52,439 nt of DNA from an uncultured Bacteroidaceae bacterium (GCA_964451895.1 CAYVJX010000001.1:7802-60240), one strand, 5' to 3'; numbered from the stretch's first letter, positions 39,780-47,941 are shown. The notes: generated by a model not told the origin, from the sequence alone. Numbers and translations: made by a program.

Positions 39780-39789
39780 AACCTATACT

Positions 39790-41427
39790 TTACAAATCAA
39801 ATCTAGTGCCCGCCGGCGGATACCGGCAACCCCGGAAACCCGACCACGGATTCCGGCGGCCTTCGCCTGCATTCACCTGCACGCTTTCAGCATAACGGCG
39901 ATTGGAAATCTGAAATCCCCTGAATCCTCCTCCTTCTTCAGACGGCCAATACACCTGTCCGCTCACTATATCATCCACCAAGGCATCGCCATTGTCGTCC
40001 AATACCCCGTCGCCATCCACGGGAACGAACGAACGCCCCTCCTCGGTACTTACATTGATGCAACGTTCCCAAAGATTATCGCTCATATTCATAATGCCGT
40101 AGTAGCTGGCTCCGGCTTCGTTGCGCATGGTGCTGTCTTTGGCAAACGCCCCCACGCGCATTACCCAAGGCGCCTTGCCCGTTTCTAAATAACAAGCTTC
40201 GGAATTCGAACTGACCTCGGTAGGCAAGCCCGCATCGGTAATGGCATAATTGTTGGCGGCAATGCCGTATTGTTCACCCCATGCCATACCCCGGCGCAAA
40301 AACTGATGCCCGCGGCAGGCTTTTTCAAATTCCATCTCGGTCATGGGGCGCAGACAGGCCCAATCGAGATAGGCCAGGCCATCGTTCCACGAAAGGAAGT
40401 TGCAGGCTATATTGCCGCCGTTGTTTTCCATGGTCCACATGGTATCGACATCAATTCCCGTTATATTATGGCCATAAATGGCGCCCTTGGCGGGATAATC
40501 GTCGGTTTCGGCCTCCGCCGGAATACGGATGCGCACATAGTTCCGGTACGAAGTATTGATGGCATACGGAGAAGCGGGCAACGCCAGACTGCCCTTGCCC
40601 GCAAACGGACTCACATTGGCACGTTCATCCTGCTGTTCGGGCGTAAGCGTATTCAAAAAATCGGCGTAAGCGTGCTGGCTTATCTCGTATTTCATCATAT
40701 ACACGGCCTTGAATCCTTTGGGGAAAGTATCGGACACCGGCGTTCCGAGATAAGACCAACCTTTTTCATCGGTAACCTTGCCCATCAAAGCAGTGCGCCC
40801 ATCGCTTACATCGGTTTTTATAATTAAGTTTTTGCCCTCAGCATAGAGCGATTTTTCGGAAACCCCGTCCCCTATAATATAGGTATTGGCCGGCACATAC
40901 ACCATCTCGATGGCAAAGACTGCCACCTGTATTTCGTCCTGGTCTAGATAATCGTGGTCGCGATAGTTGAACTGCAGACGGATATCCTGAATCACATTGC
41001 TTCCATTCCCCACCTCCTTGCGGTAGATAAAAACGCCGGAAGTTACCAGACTGTCGATGGTAGGCGAAGTGGCGAATTCAGACCAATACTCCACATTGCC
41101 CGAACCTATGCTGTGGGGCAAGGCCATATATGAGCCCGAACCGCTGTTTACCGGATTGCCCTGCGGCTTGGTAAGATATACATGACGCCAAGTGCGGAAA
41201 TCGGAATTATAGCATTTTACAAAGACCCAGGCCGCATCCCAATTACGGTGCAGACGGTCTTTCCAGGAATGATCCCAGGAAAGGCTGAAACGCACAAAAG
41301 CCGTGCCCGTCAGGGTATCACGACCTTCCACCGATACGGTGCCTATTTGGATATTGTTGGCATAAACACCCTTTAGGCCACCCCAAGCCAACAACAGCAA
41401 CAAACCTATTTTAACAATGCTTTTCAA
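39790..41427 (-). CDS. Secreted FGE-sulfatase (SUMF1) fold protein, GldJ/GldK-like, paralog 2 (545 aa); TTG start
   Basis: Listed ORF. N-terminus (M)KSIVKIGLLLLLAWGGLKGVYA|NN looks like a type I signal peptide. FGE-fold hallmarks: FPKGFKAVYMMKYEISQHAYADFLNTL, NDGLAYLDWACLRPMTEMEFEKACRG, GASYYGIMNMSDNLWERCI and a C-terminal GFRGCRY. The start codon at 41427-41425 is TTG. The first in-frame ATG is about 100 codons in and would remove the signal peptide and a region conserved with the paralog. Confidence 0.85.
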   Translation of the reverse strand: MKSIVKIGLLLLLAWGGLKGVYANNIQIGTVSVEGRDTLTGTAFVRFSLSWDHSWKDRLHRNWDAAWVFVKCYNSDFRTWRHVYLTKPQGNPVNSGSGSYMALPHSIGSGNVEYWSEFATSPTIDSLVTSGVFIYRKEVGNGSNVIQDIRLQFNYRDHDYLDQDEIQVAVFAIEMVYVPANTYIIGDGVSEKSLYAEGKNLIIKTDVSDGRTALMGKVTDEKGWSYLGTPVSDTFPKGFKAVYMMKYEISQHAYADFLNTLTPEQQDERANVSPFAGKGSLALPASPYAINTSYRNYVRIRIPAEAETDDYPAKGAIYGHNITGIDVDTMWTMENNGGNIACNFLSWNDGLAYLDWACLRPMTEMEFEKACRGHQFLRRGMAWGEQYGIAANNYAITDAGLPTEVSSNSEACYLETGKAPWVMRVGAFAKDSTMRNEAGASYYGIMNMSDNLWERCINVSTEEGRSFVPVDGDGVLDDNGDALVDDIVSGQVYWPSEEGGGFRGFQISNRRYAESVQVNAGEGRRNPWSGFRGCRYPPAGTRFDL

Positions 41428-41541
41428 AGCCTCTGTGTTAAATAAACCCTTGTTTTATAACACCTATCCTCAACAAAGCCAACAAAGCAGGACGTGTGCC
41501 GAAACACACATCCCACCCTATCTATTATTGTAGCACTTCTA

Positions 41542-43443
41542 TTATTTGGCCGCACCGGCGGTACGTACGCAACGGATACCACGCATACCTACCGTTCCCC
41601 GTTGATCCGGATAATATCTGTCTTCTAAGCTCAACGTATGGGTGGAACCTCGACGGTTGGAAACCAAACCGGCCCACTGCCATTCATGCGCTGGCACCGT
41701 TATATCAAACCTATAGTTGGCCACTAACATTCCACGAACAATATAATACCTATAGTTAGTGTAGTCGGTACCCGGAGTGTTGGATGCAGCAAAGGTTAAC
41801 CAATCTTTGTTCATGGCATCGCCATTTCCATCCAACTGACCGGAACCATGCGAACCCTTGAAATTTCTACCCGTGGTATCGTAAACCGAAATACAGATTT
41901 CACCCACATTGTCGCTCATATTCATCACACCCCAGAAACTGGCACCCGAAGAAGCCCGCGTGGTAGTGGAATCTGCAAAACAACCCACACGTACCGGACC
42001 GGAGCACGTAGCCCCCCACCAACAACTCCACCAATTATCACTAACATGTGCGCCAGAATTATATACTTCCTTAGGTCTTTCTGTTCCTGTCCATTGATCT
42101 ATATATCCCCAATTCCTTGCCGGCCAAAAACGCATGGTAACACTCCCCCAAGCAAACTCATCGTTAGCTGGTTTCTTGGGACCACGGCAGGCTTTTTCGT
42201 ATTCTAATTCAGTCATAGGACGCAATCCAGAAAATTCTGCATAAGCCAAAAAGTCTAATACGTTAATCCAGTTCATCGCCAAATCCTGACCATCGATATT
42301 ACGGGTCATGAATTTGTTCTTGGATGAATCGCAACGATAGTCGTAGCAAACTTTGTCGGTTTCATTATATATATTGTTGTTGTTTCCATCACAACCAAAA
42401 ACAACCACAGGTGAAGGCTGCTTAACCTTGATAACATTGCAGTAAAAATCCCAACCGTGTCCATCAAGATCCCGAGTCAACCAAGAGTTTTGCGCAAAAG
42501 TGGACAAAGTACCCTGAATTCTACCGTCCTGCTGACCCTGACTCAAAGTATTCAAAAATTCCACATAGGCTTCCTGGGTCATTTCATACTTCATAATATA
42601 AAATGCTTGATACCCTTTGGGAAACTCTGCAGGAATCGTACCAGCCGTAATACCCGCGCCGCCAACGGTCCACAAGGTGCTTTCTGCCGTGGAATTCGCC
42701 ACTGTAATGGGATCTTCAGATTCAATCACCATCGGACGCCCAAGCGTTGCCTCATCGGTGGTAAACGCAGCATAATGGCGGTTGTCTGCGACAGAACCCG
42801 CGCCGCCCAAATAATAGGCGCCGGTGGGAACATACACCATTTCTACGGCAAACACTTTTACCACCAAGTCGTCTTCATCTACAAAGCCTTGACGCACATA
42901 ATCCCATATCAGCGAAACTCCGGGCACCACGATATGACCAGCGCCATAATCCACCCGACGCAAAAAGAAACCCACCACACATTGTTCTTCTTCTTCTGCC
43001 GGTTCCACATGCCATTTGGGATAAGCCAAAGAAAAACCAGGTTCCAGCATCATCGCCATTGTGGTATTGCTAGCATCGCGGTTAGAAACATAATATTCTT
43101 CATAGCAGGAGGTATCCCCATAGCAGACCGCATCAGTCGGAACAAGACTACCCGGAACATTGGCTATGGTATCTTTTAGATACACATGGTTCCAAGATTC
43201 CCCATCCCAGCATTTTACAAAAATCCAAGCGGCATCGTGGTTCTGCGGCTTGGTGGTTCTCCAGCTATTGTCCCACGCGATATCAAAACTGATAATGGCA
43301 TGGTGCATATTGGTATCCTGCACCAATTTCGGCTTTCCAAGAATACGGATATTGTTGGCATTGGCCAAGCCCGAAAGCATACCCACCAAGGCACAAACAA
43401 AGAGGCCGCGGAGCATACGCCCCATAAGATTACTGCTTTTCAT
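41542..43443 (-). CDS. Secreted FGE-sulfatase (SUMF1) fold protein, GldJ/GldK-like, paralog 1 (633 aa from ATG 43443)
   Basis: Listed ORF 41542..43503, whose first codon is TTG. The ATG at 43443 gives MKSSNLMGRMLRGLFVCALVGMLSGLANA|NN, which is signal-peptide-like. The 20 codons upstream lie in an AT-rich stretch that looks non-coding. It matches the downstream gene block for block: NNIRILG / NNIQIGT, FDIAWDNSWR...HDAAWIFVKCW / FSLSWDHSWK...WDAAWVFVKCY, FAVEMVYVP / FAIEMVYVP, FPKGYQAFYIMKYEMTQEAYVEFLNTL, LRPMTELEYEKACRG, GASFWGVMNMSDNVGEICI, GIRCVR. Confidence 0.85.
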   Translation of the reverse strand: MKSSNLMGRMLRGLFVCALVGMLSGLANANNIRILGKPKLVQDTNMHHAIISFDIAWDNSWRTTKPQNHDAAWIFVKCWDGESWNHVYLKDTIANVPGSLVPTDAVCYGDTSCYEEYYVSNRDASNTTMAMMLEPGFSLAYPKWHVEPAEEEEQCVVGFFLRRVDYGAGHIVVPGVSLIWDYVRQGFVDEDDLVVKVFAVEMVYVPTGAYYLGGAGSVADNRHYAAFTTDEATLGRPMVIESEDPITVANSTAESTLWTVGGAGITAGTIPAEFPKGYQAFYIMKYEMTQEAYVEFLNTLSQGQQDGRIQGTLSTFAQNSWLTRDLDGHGWDFYCNVIKVKQPSPVVVFGCDGNNNNIYNETDKVCYDYRCDSSKNKFMTRNIDGQDLAMNWINVLDFLAYAEFSGLRPMTELEYEKACRGPKKPANDEFAWGSVTMRFWPARNWGYIDQWTGTERPKEVYNSGAHVSDNWWSCWWGATCSGPVRVGCFADSTTTRASSGASFWGVMNMSDNVGEICISVYDTTGRNFKGSHGSGQLDGNGDAMNKDWLTFAASNTPGTDYTNYRYYIVRGMLVANYRFDITVPAHEWQWAGLVSNRRGSTHTLSLEDRYYPDQRGTVGMRGIRCVRTAGAAK

Positions 43444-43705
43444 AATCCCTTTATTTATAATATTTAAAATTATCAACAATTTGTTGAAAACATTTTTTAC
43501 CAACCGCTAAGATACTCATTCCTCGGCAACCAACCAAAAAAGTTAATAAGTTTTTTAGGGGGAGAGTAAAACAGGGTATTGCTTACAAGAAAAATCCTCG
43601 GTATCTTTCTCCGCGTTTTTGTTACCGGGCTGGCGAAACTTTACTTTTTTATCCTAAAATTTCAACCTATCCCGATAGTTTCATGCCCCAAACCGCAAAA
43701 AAACG

Positions 43706-43713
43706 TATATTTG
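43706..43713 (+). promoter_or_regulatory. Candidate Bacteroidota -7 promoter box (TATATTTG = TAnnTTTG) for the 43737 gene
   Basis: Exact match to the TAnnTTTG consensus, 23 nt upstream of the ATG at 43737. No clear TTTG -33 element was seen. Confidence 0.35.
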
Positions 43714-43736
43714 CAACCCATTAAAAGGATTTTAAA

Positions 43737-44237
43737 ATGAGGAGACTATCTCTACGGCTTCCGATCGGAGTTTTAGTTTTAACCATAGTTTCTATGGTAG
43801 TGGTTGCCTGCGGCGGCAAGAATGAGGCAAGCCAAGTAGCCAAAGCTTTTCTGCAAGCCTATTATGTGGACTTGGACTTTGACAAGGCGCAAACCTTGTG
43901 TTCAGATGTATCCCGACCTGTCGTGGCCGAACAGGGGCAAATGGTTGCCCTGAACCCCTATGCCACCGAAGAAATTCCCGCTTTGGCTTTTAGGCAATTG
44001 GAATGGAAGGCCGACAATCCGAATACGGCTGTTTTTACTTATACCGTGAACCGCAGTGAACGCACCCTGCCCTTGCGCAAGTTTAACGGAAAGTGGTTGG
44101 TAGATTTGCAAGGAGGCACGGTAGAAATGGGCGGTGCCGCCAACCGCATGGAATTGGGCAACGATTCTAAAGGCGGATTTGCCGTCTCGGAAGCCAGCGG
44201 CCCTATCGTTTATAAAAAACGAAAGAAAAACAATTAG
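43737..44237 (+). CDS. Small lipoprotein (166 aa), possibly DUF4878/NTF2-like
   Basis: Listed ORF with an ATG start. Signal peptide with a lipobox: MRRLSLRLPIGVLVLTIVSMVVVAC|GGK. The family call rests only on size and the AKAFLQAYY..D motif recalled from memory. Confidence 0.75.
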   Translation: MRRLSLRLPIGVLVLTIVSMVVVACGGKNEASQVAKAFLQAYYVDLDFDKAQTLCSDVSRPVVAEQGQMVALNPYATEEIPALAFRQLEWKADNPNTAVFTYTVNRSERTLPLRKFNGKWLVDLQGGTVEMGGAANRMELGNDSKGGFAVSEASGPIVYKKRKKNN

Positions 44238-44262
44238 TTATAAGAATTTAAAATAACTTATC

Positions 44263-44913
44263 ATGAAGACTCTCTTGAAAGTATGCCTTAGTTTGGCTTT
44301 AGGTGGCATGTTGATGCAATACGGCTTCTCGCAAGCCGCCGCGAGTGCCAGTAAAGATGTAACTCCTCCGCCCTCTACCGAAGAGGTGCCCGAACAATAT
44401 CTGACCTCTGAAGACACTACTTTGGGCGAAGAAGCCCTTACACATCATGGCATTCAATTGCCAGCCTCCATCAACATGAAAATTGCAGCCGGAGATATTG
44501 ACGGTGCCTGGAAAGAATTTGAAAACTTTAAACAAGAAGTGGGCAAAGAACAACGCAATCAAGTGCTCGAAGCCGAAGTGATGCTTTGCAACAGATTTAT
44601 CTACGAAGGTTCTAATTACAATAAATGGGCAGCCCAACGAGGGGAAGCACAGCAAGCTCTTTTAAAAGAATTTCCCAAATGGGCGGGTACGTACCGCGCC
44701 TTGATTAATCCCAATGCCAAGCCGGCTCAAATTATTGAATACACCACCAAGGCTATTCAATATGATTCCAAGGAAAACCCCGACTATCTGCTGTATGAAC
44801 AGCGCGGAAGAGCCTACCTCCAAGTAGGCCGCACCACCGAAGCTTGCGCAGATTTTGAAAAATGCCCGGATAAGAGCAGGATTTGGGAATACAAGAGCAC
44901 TTGCGGGAAATAG
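44263..44913 (+). CDS. Exported hypothetical protein (216 aa) with a TPR-like C-terminal region
   Basis: Listed ORF with an ATG start, 25 nt after the previous gene. Signal-like N-terminus MKTLLKVCLSLALGGMLMQYGFSQAAA. The C-terminal stretch AIQYDSKENPDYLLYEQRGRAYLQVGRTTEACADFEK resembles a TPR unit. Confidence 0.7.
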   Translation: MKTLLKVCLSLALGGMLMQYGFSQAAASASKDVTPPPSTEEVPEQYLTSEDTTLGEEALTHHGIQLPASINMKIAAGDIDGAWKEFENFKQEVGKEQRNQVLEAEVMLCNRFIYEGSNYNKWAAQRGEAQQALLKEFPKWAGTYRALINPNAKPAQIIEYTTKAIQYDSKENPDYLLYEQRGRAYLQVGRTTEACADFEKCPDKSRIWEYKSTCGK

Positions 44914-44949
44914 CGAAAAAACTTACGTTTAAATAGTTTTTTAACCCCA

Positions 44950-44990
44950 AAAGCGGCAGAGAATAGTGTTCTTTGCCGCTTTTGTTTTTT
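44950..44990 (+). terminator. Rho-independent terminator after the 44263 gene
   Basis: Stem aaagcggcagag (44950-44961) pairs with ctttgccgcttt (44971-44982): 12 bp including one G-U pair, with a 9-nt loop. It is followed by tgtttttt. Confidence 0.7.
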
Positions 44991-45223
44991 GGGAGGGAAC
45001 TTCACCAGCAAGGTATCACTTTAAATCATTGAGATTCTACGAATCGTATTTCAAACCCAAACTCTCCACAAAAAGCCTTTCTTCTGCTTGAAGCTTTTCT
45101 TTTCTGATTCTTAAATCTTGTTGGTACCTGATTTTCCATTGAATGAAATATTGAAAACAAACTATTAATTCTTTATTCCAAAATAACTCTTTATATTCGC
45201 AAAAACAATTTAACCCAAACGAT

Positions 45224-47002
45224 ATGTGCCATTATCAAGAAACGTGTGAAAAGAAAGAATGTTATTGGGAAGAATACTATAATAAGCACATAGATCAAGA
45301 AAAACATGACATCGTAAATACTGCACTTCCAATTGATGTTAATGGGTTTTGCTTGTTTCATAGCCCCGACATAAAATGGAAACGCAAACAGCATTTCTGC
45401 AAACGTTTAAAAGCATTGCTTAATTGGGCTGAAGAAGATTCAGATATTGAAGATATATCCTTTACTGATTTCATTTTTATAGGATGTCAATCCATAGAAA
45501 CCATAGATAATAATGTATGGGATCAACACGAGAACAAACTGGACACAAAAAAGAAAGATATTTTACTTCTTGATTTTTTAAAAGGAAAGAAAAACCTTAT
45601 ACTTCAAGATTCAAAATTTATAGATCCCTTAATCATTGAAAACGCAACATTAGCACAAGACCTCATTATTGATCATTGTGTCTTTGAAGACAGTATATCA
45701 ATAAACAAACTTATCATCAAATCTGATTTATTTATTCAATACTCTGAATTTAAAAAACATTTCATCTGGGATGGCAAAAACAAAATAAAGGGGAATACCT
45801 CCATTTTGGACAACAAATTCAAAGGAAGAATCAACTTTTGGGGCTTGATTTTTGAAAATTTTGTTGTAATAGATAATAATATCTTTAATAAATCTGACTA
45901 TGTGACCGGCTTTACTTGTTCTTTCAAAGAAGGTTTGGACTTTACCCGTAATAAATTTACAGACATATATTTCGATGGGTGTTGTTTTATGAAAGATTGT
46001 ACTTTTGCCGAATTACATCAACAATACCATTCTTTTACTATCAGAAAACCTAGTATCCAAGGACAACTATCCTTTGTGGGAACATCTGATAATTTGTTGT
46101 TTAATACAAATTCTAGAATCCATATTTCCAAAGAATGTTTCCATGATACGGGACGTGTTTCTTTTGATTATTGTAATATTGAAAGTTTAGGAACAATCTT
46201 TATTGAAAACATTAAATCTCTTGAAGATCTTGGCCTAGCTTATATTTCTCCTACTTGTCAGATTGAAAGATTAACTATTATACATGAATACAAACCATAT
46301 ACATCATTGACTGCTAATATCATCGAAGACTTTGCACACTTAATCGCCCGTTATTTCAGTCGATGGCATACCGTGAATCTTATGGTGCGAATAAATAGAG
46401 ACAAGGCCAATCAACGCTTTTTGTTGGTTTTTAAAACAACTGATAATCTTTCAGAGGATGAATTTCGTGATATAATGAAAAGATTCCACCACACAATGTA
46501 TCAACATATACCATCAAAAGATGACGAAATCAAAGATATTATTGCCACCTATTACAATATTGTCGAACGCCTAAGTAAAAATAGCAATATTATCGGCATT
46601 GAAAATATCAAACGTATTTTATCAATGCAAAACACAATAAATATAGAAACGTTAAATATAAATACTGCACAAATGGAAATTAAAAATTCACAAATAGGAG
46701 CTATCGCAATGGGAGACAATGCCCATTTCGAAAACATTTTGGTCGAAAAAACAAATTTAGAATCGAATTATCAATCATTAATTGATGAATTAAATGGATT
46801 AATTCGATTATTACAAAGAGAACATAAAGATTGTGAAAACATCATCGCACAATTACAAAAAGCCATCGAAGCCGCAAAACAAAAAAAAGATACAGTACTG
46901 AAAGAAACTTTAAAAAAGTTACCTCATTGGGTTGTAAAAACAACACATAATATTGGTGTTGGAGTATTGAGTTCTTACATATCTCAAATACTTGGAATAT
47001 AA
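45224..47002 (+). CDS. AT-rich orphan protein (592 aa): N-terminal Cys/His cluster, pentapeptide-like or beta-helix-like repeats, coiled coil, C-terminal hydrophobic tail
   Basis: Listed ORF with an ATG start. It is clearly more AT-rich than its neighbours. N-terminus MCHYQETCEKKEC...FCLFHS. Loosely periodic hydrophobic repeats such as FIDPLIIENATLAQDLIIDHCVFEDSISINKLIIKSDLFIQYSEF and FTCSFKEGLDFTRNKFTDIYFDGCCFMKDCTFAEL. Coiled-coil-like LIDELNGLIRLLQREHKDCENIIAQLQKAIEAAKQKK. The last 18 aa, HNIGVGVLSSYISQILGI, are hydrophobic. Confidence 0.75.
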   Translation: MCHYQETCEKKECYWEEYYNKHIDQEKHDIVNTALPIDVNGFCLFHSPDIKWKRKQHFCKRLKALLNWAEEDSDIEDISFTDFIFIGCQSIETIDNNVWDQHENKLDTKKKDILLLDFLKGKKNLILQDSKFIDPLIIENATLAQDLIIDHCVFEDSISINKLIIKSDLFIQYSEFKKHFIWDGKNKIKGNTSILDNKFKGRINFWGLIFENFVVIDNNIFNKSDYVTGFTCSFKEGLDFTRNKFTDIYFDGCCFMKDCTFAELHQQYHSFTIRKPSIQGQLSFVGTSDNLLFNTNSRIHISKECFHDTGRVSFDYCNIESLGTIFIENIKSLEDLGLAYISPTCQIERLTIIHEYKPYTSLTANIIEDFAHLIARYFSRWHTVNLMVRINRDKANQRFLLVFKTTDNLSEDEFRDIMKRFHHTMYQHIPSKDDEIKDIIATYYNIVERLSKNSNIIGIENIKRILSMQNTINIETLNINTAQMEIKNSQIGAIAMGDNAHFENILVEKTNLESNYQSLIDELNGLIRLLQREHKDCENIIAQLQKAIEAAKQKKDTVLKETLKKLPHWVVKTTHNIGVGVLSSYISQILGI

Positions 47003-47021
47003 ACATGAAAGCAGATTGCTC

Positions 47022-47145
47022 TTATGATGCAACACGCAAGCCGGCTTCGAGCCAGATATCCATATCCACCGGATAATCCCATTGGGAGTTGTATTCGGAG
47101 GCACGTTTGTGCTTTAAGATGTTGCGGTTATGGGGTAAAATCGAA
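47022..47145 (-). repeat. Remnant copy 1 of the serine-hydrolase 3' end (direct repeat, att-like)
   Basis: The minus strand translates to RNILKHKRASEYNSQWDYPVDMDIWLEAGLRVAS*. The intact gene end is RGILGQYIIVIPDLNTVIVRLGHKRASEYNAEWDYPVDMDIWLEAGLRVAR*. This copy has the same 17-codon gap as copy 2. Confidence 0.8.
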
Positions 47146-47169
47146 TAAGAAATGAAAATCCTTATATCT

Positions 47170-47940
47170 TCAATTCTCATGTCCGCTCTTTTTTACTGAG
47201 GTTTGGATTTCATCAAAAAGAGATTTTTTCTCCTCCAAAGGTTCTTTCAGCAAAGGAGATACTTGAAAGGTGCTCAACATTTCTATGGTCTCTTGCCTCA
47301 TTTTGGTTTTGACAAAACTCTTTGCTTTCGGATCTGTCAGCAGTTCTCCCACCCCATAGATGATAAGTTTGTCGGAGGTATCTTTCAACAGTGTGATACA
47401 TTTTGAAAGATAGTTGTTGAAGGGCATCTGCATGCGTCTTTCCACGGTTTGTGCATGAATGGGCGTTCGCGTCTTTAAGAAAAACCAACAATCGAACACA
47501 TCCCTTCCCGTCACATCTTTTCTGTCGGACAAAGCGCAAAGCTTATGCGCGAACATATCGGATTTCTCCATTACCCGAATCGCCGTTCCTCCCAAATCAA
47601 GCATGGTGTAACTATCCTGATTGTCCCGATTGGAGATTTCGATTTTCATATTCCTTTCGCCAGGAGCATAATTCACAACTGCCAACGAGCCAAAATGTTT
47701 CATGGCTCTATCTTCAATCTTTCCGTATTTCTTTGCCAACGAGAAAACTTTGTTGTAAACAAAATCTTCTTTGGATTTATCCAACAAGTTAAAATCCAAA
47801 TCAACCGAAAAACGGGGCAAGTGATAGAAGAACATGAGCGCACTTCCCCCCTTGAATCCAAGCAGAGGTGCGAGTGAAGCATCCGTAAAAATGTCACGGA
47901 GCATCTGTGTCATGTAGTATTTGTGCAAAGCATTATCCAT
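47170..47940 (-). CDS. abiEii: AbiEii/AbiGii-family nucleotidyltransferase toxin (type IV TA), 256 aa
   Basis: Listed ORF with an ATG start. It carries the hallmark FKGGSALMFFYHLPRFSVDLDF (GGxAL ... RFSxDLDF) of the DUF1814/AbiEii family. Its start lies 1 nt from the stop of the upstream AbiEi-like gene. Confidence 0.85.
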   Translation of the reverse strand: MDNALHKYYMTQMLRDIFTDASLAPLLGFKGGSALMFFYHLPRFSVDLDFNLLDKSKEDFVYNKVFSLAKKYGKIEDRAMKHFGSLAVVNYAPGERNMKIEISNRDNQDSYTMLDLGGTAIRVMEKSDMFAHKLCALSDRKDVTGRDVFDCWFFLKTRTPIHAQTVERRMQMPFNNYLSKCITLLKDTSDKLIIYGVGELLTDPKAKSFVKTKMRQETIEMLSTFQVSPLLKEPLEEKKSLFDEIQTSVKKSGHEN

Positions 47941-47941
47941 C

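Noticed and set aside
1-39779. The possibility that the giant frame is a pseudogene, a fusion of several genes or an assembly artefact of collapsed repeats
   Set aside because: No in-frame stop or frame change was found at any of the 12 places I translated, and the track shows no closed ORF in this register. The internal paralogs are diverged (50 of 60 nt identical in the stretch I counted) and their offsets are multiples of 3, which argues against collapse. Mis-assembly cannot be fully excluded without reads.
39613-40188. Plus-strand ORFs 39613..40188, 40270..40827, 41848..42207, 42457..43179 and 43160..43510
   Set aside because: They are antisense to, or span the junctions of, the two well-supported FGE-fold genes and the giant ORF start. 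They have no motifs and their composition is typical of antisense frames.
41428-41541. A terminator between the two FGE-fold genes (GTGTG...CACAC hairpin near 41,493-41,510)
   Set aside because: The stem is only 5 bp and there is no U-tract on the minus strand. That is too weak to call, so co-transcription remains the simpler reading.
39790-43443. Catalytically active formylglycine-generating enzymes that mature sulfatases
   Set aside because: I could not find the conserved Cys-x4-Cys pair ahead of the terminal G.RC motif in either protein, and no sulfatase gene is nearby. The proteins carry an extra conserved N-terminal domain. GldJ/GldK-like non-catalytic use of the fold seems more likely, but this needs an HMM or structure check.
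43444-43503. TTG at 43503 as the start of the first FGE-fold gene, as in the listed ORF
   Set aside because: The 20 extra codons (VKNVFNKLLIILNIINKGI) lie in an AT-rich stretch resembling promoter or leader DNA. The ATG at 43443 begins a canonical signal peptide that aligns with the paralog.
43510-43736. An invertible (phase-variable) promoter between the divergent operons, suggested by aaaaaagttaataagtttttt
   Set aside because: Only the A6/T6 ends are complementary and the centre is not palindromic. There are no flanking inverted repeats and no nearby invertase gene.
47203-47877. Internal and antisense ORFs within the TA and hydrolase genes, for example 47213..47539(-), 47451..47792(+), 47545..47877(+), 47921..48511(+), 49909..50301(+), 50375..50623(-)
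   Set aside because: Each overlaps a gene with clear family hallmarks (AbiEii, AbiEi, serine hydrolase), and none has recognisable features of its own.
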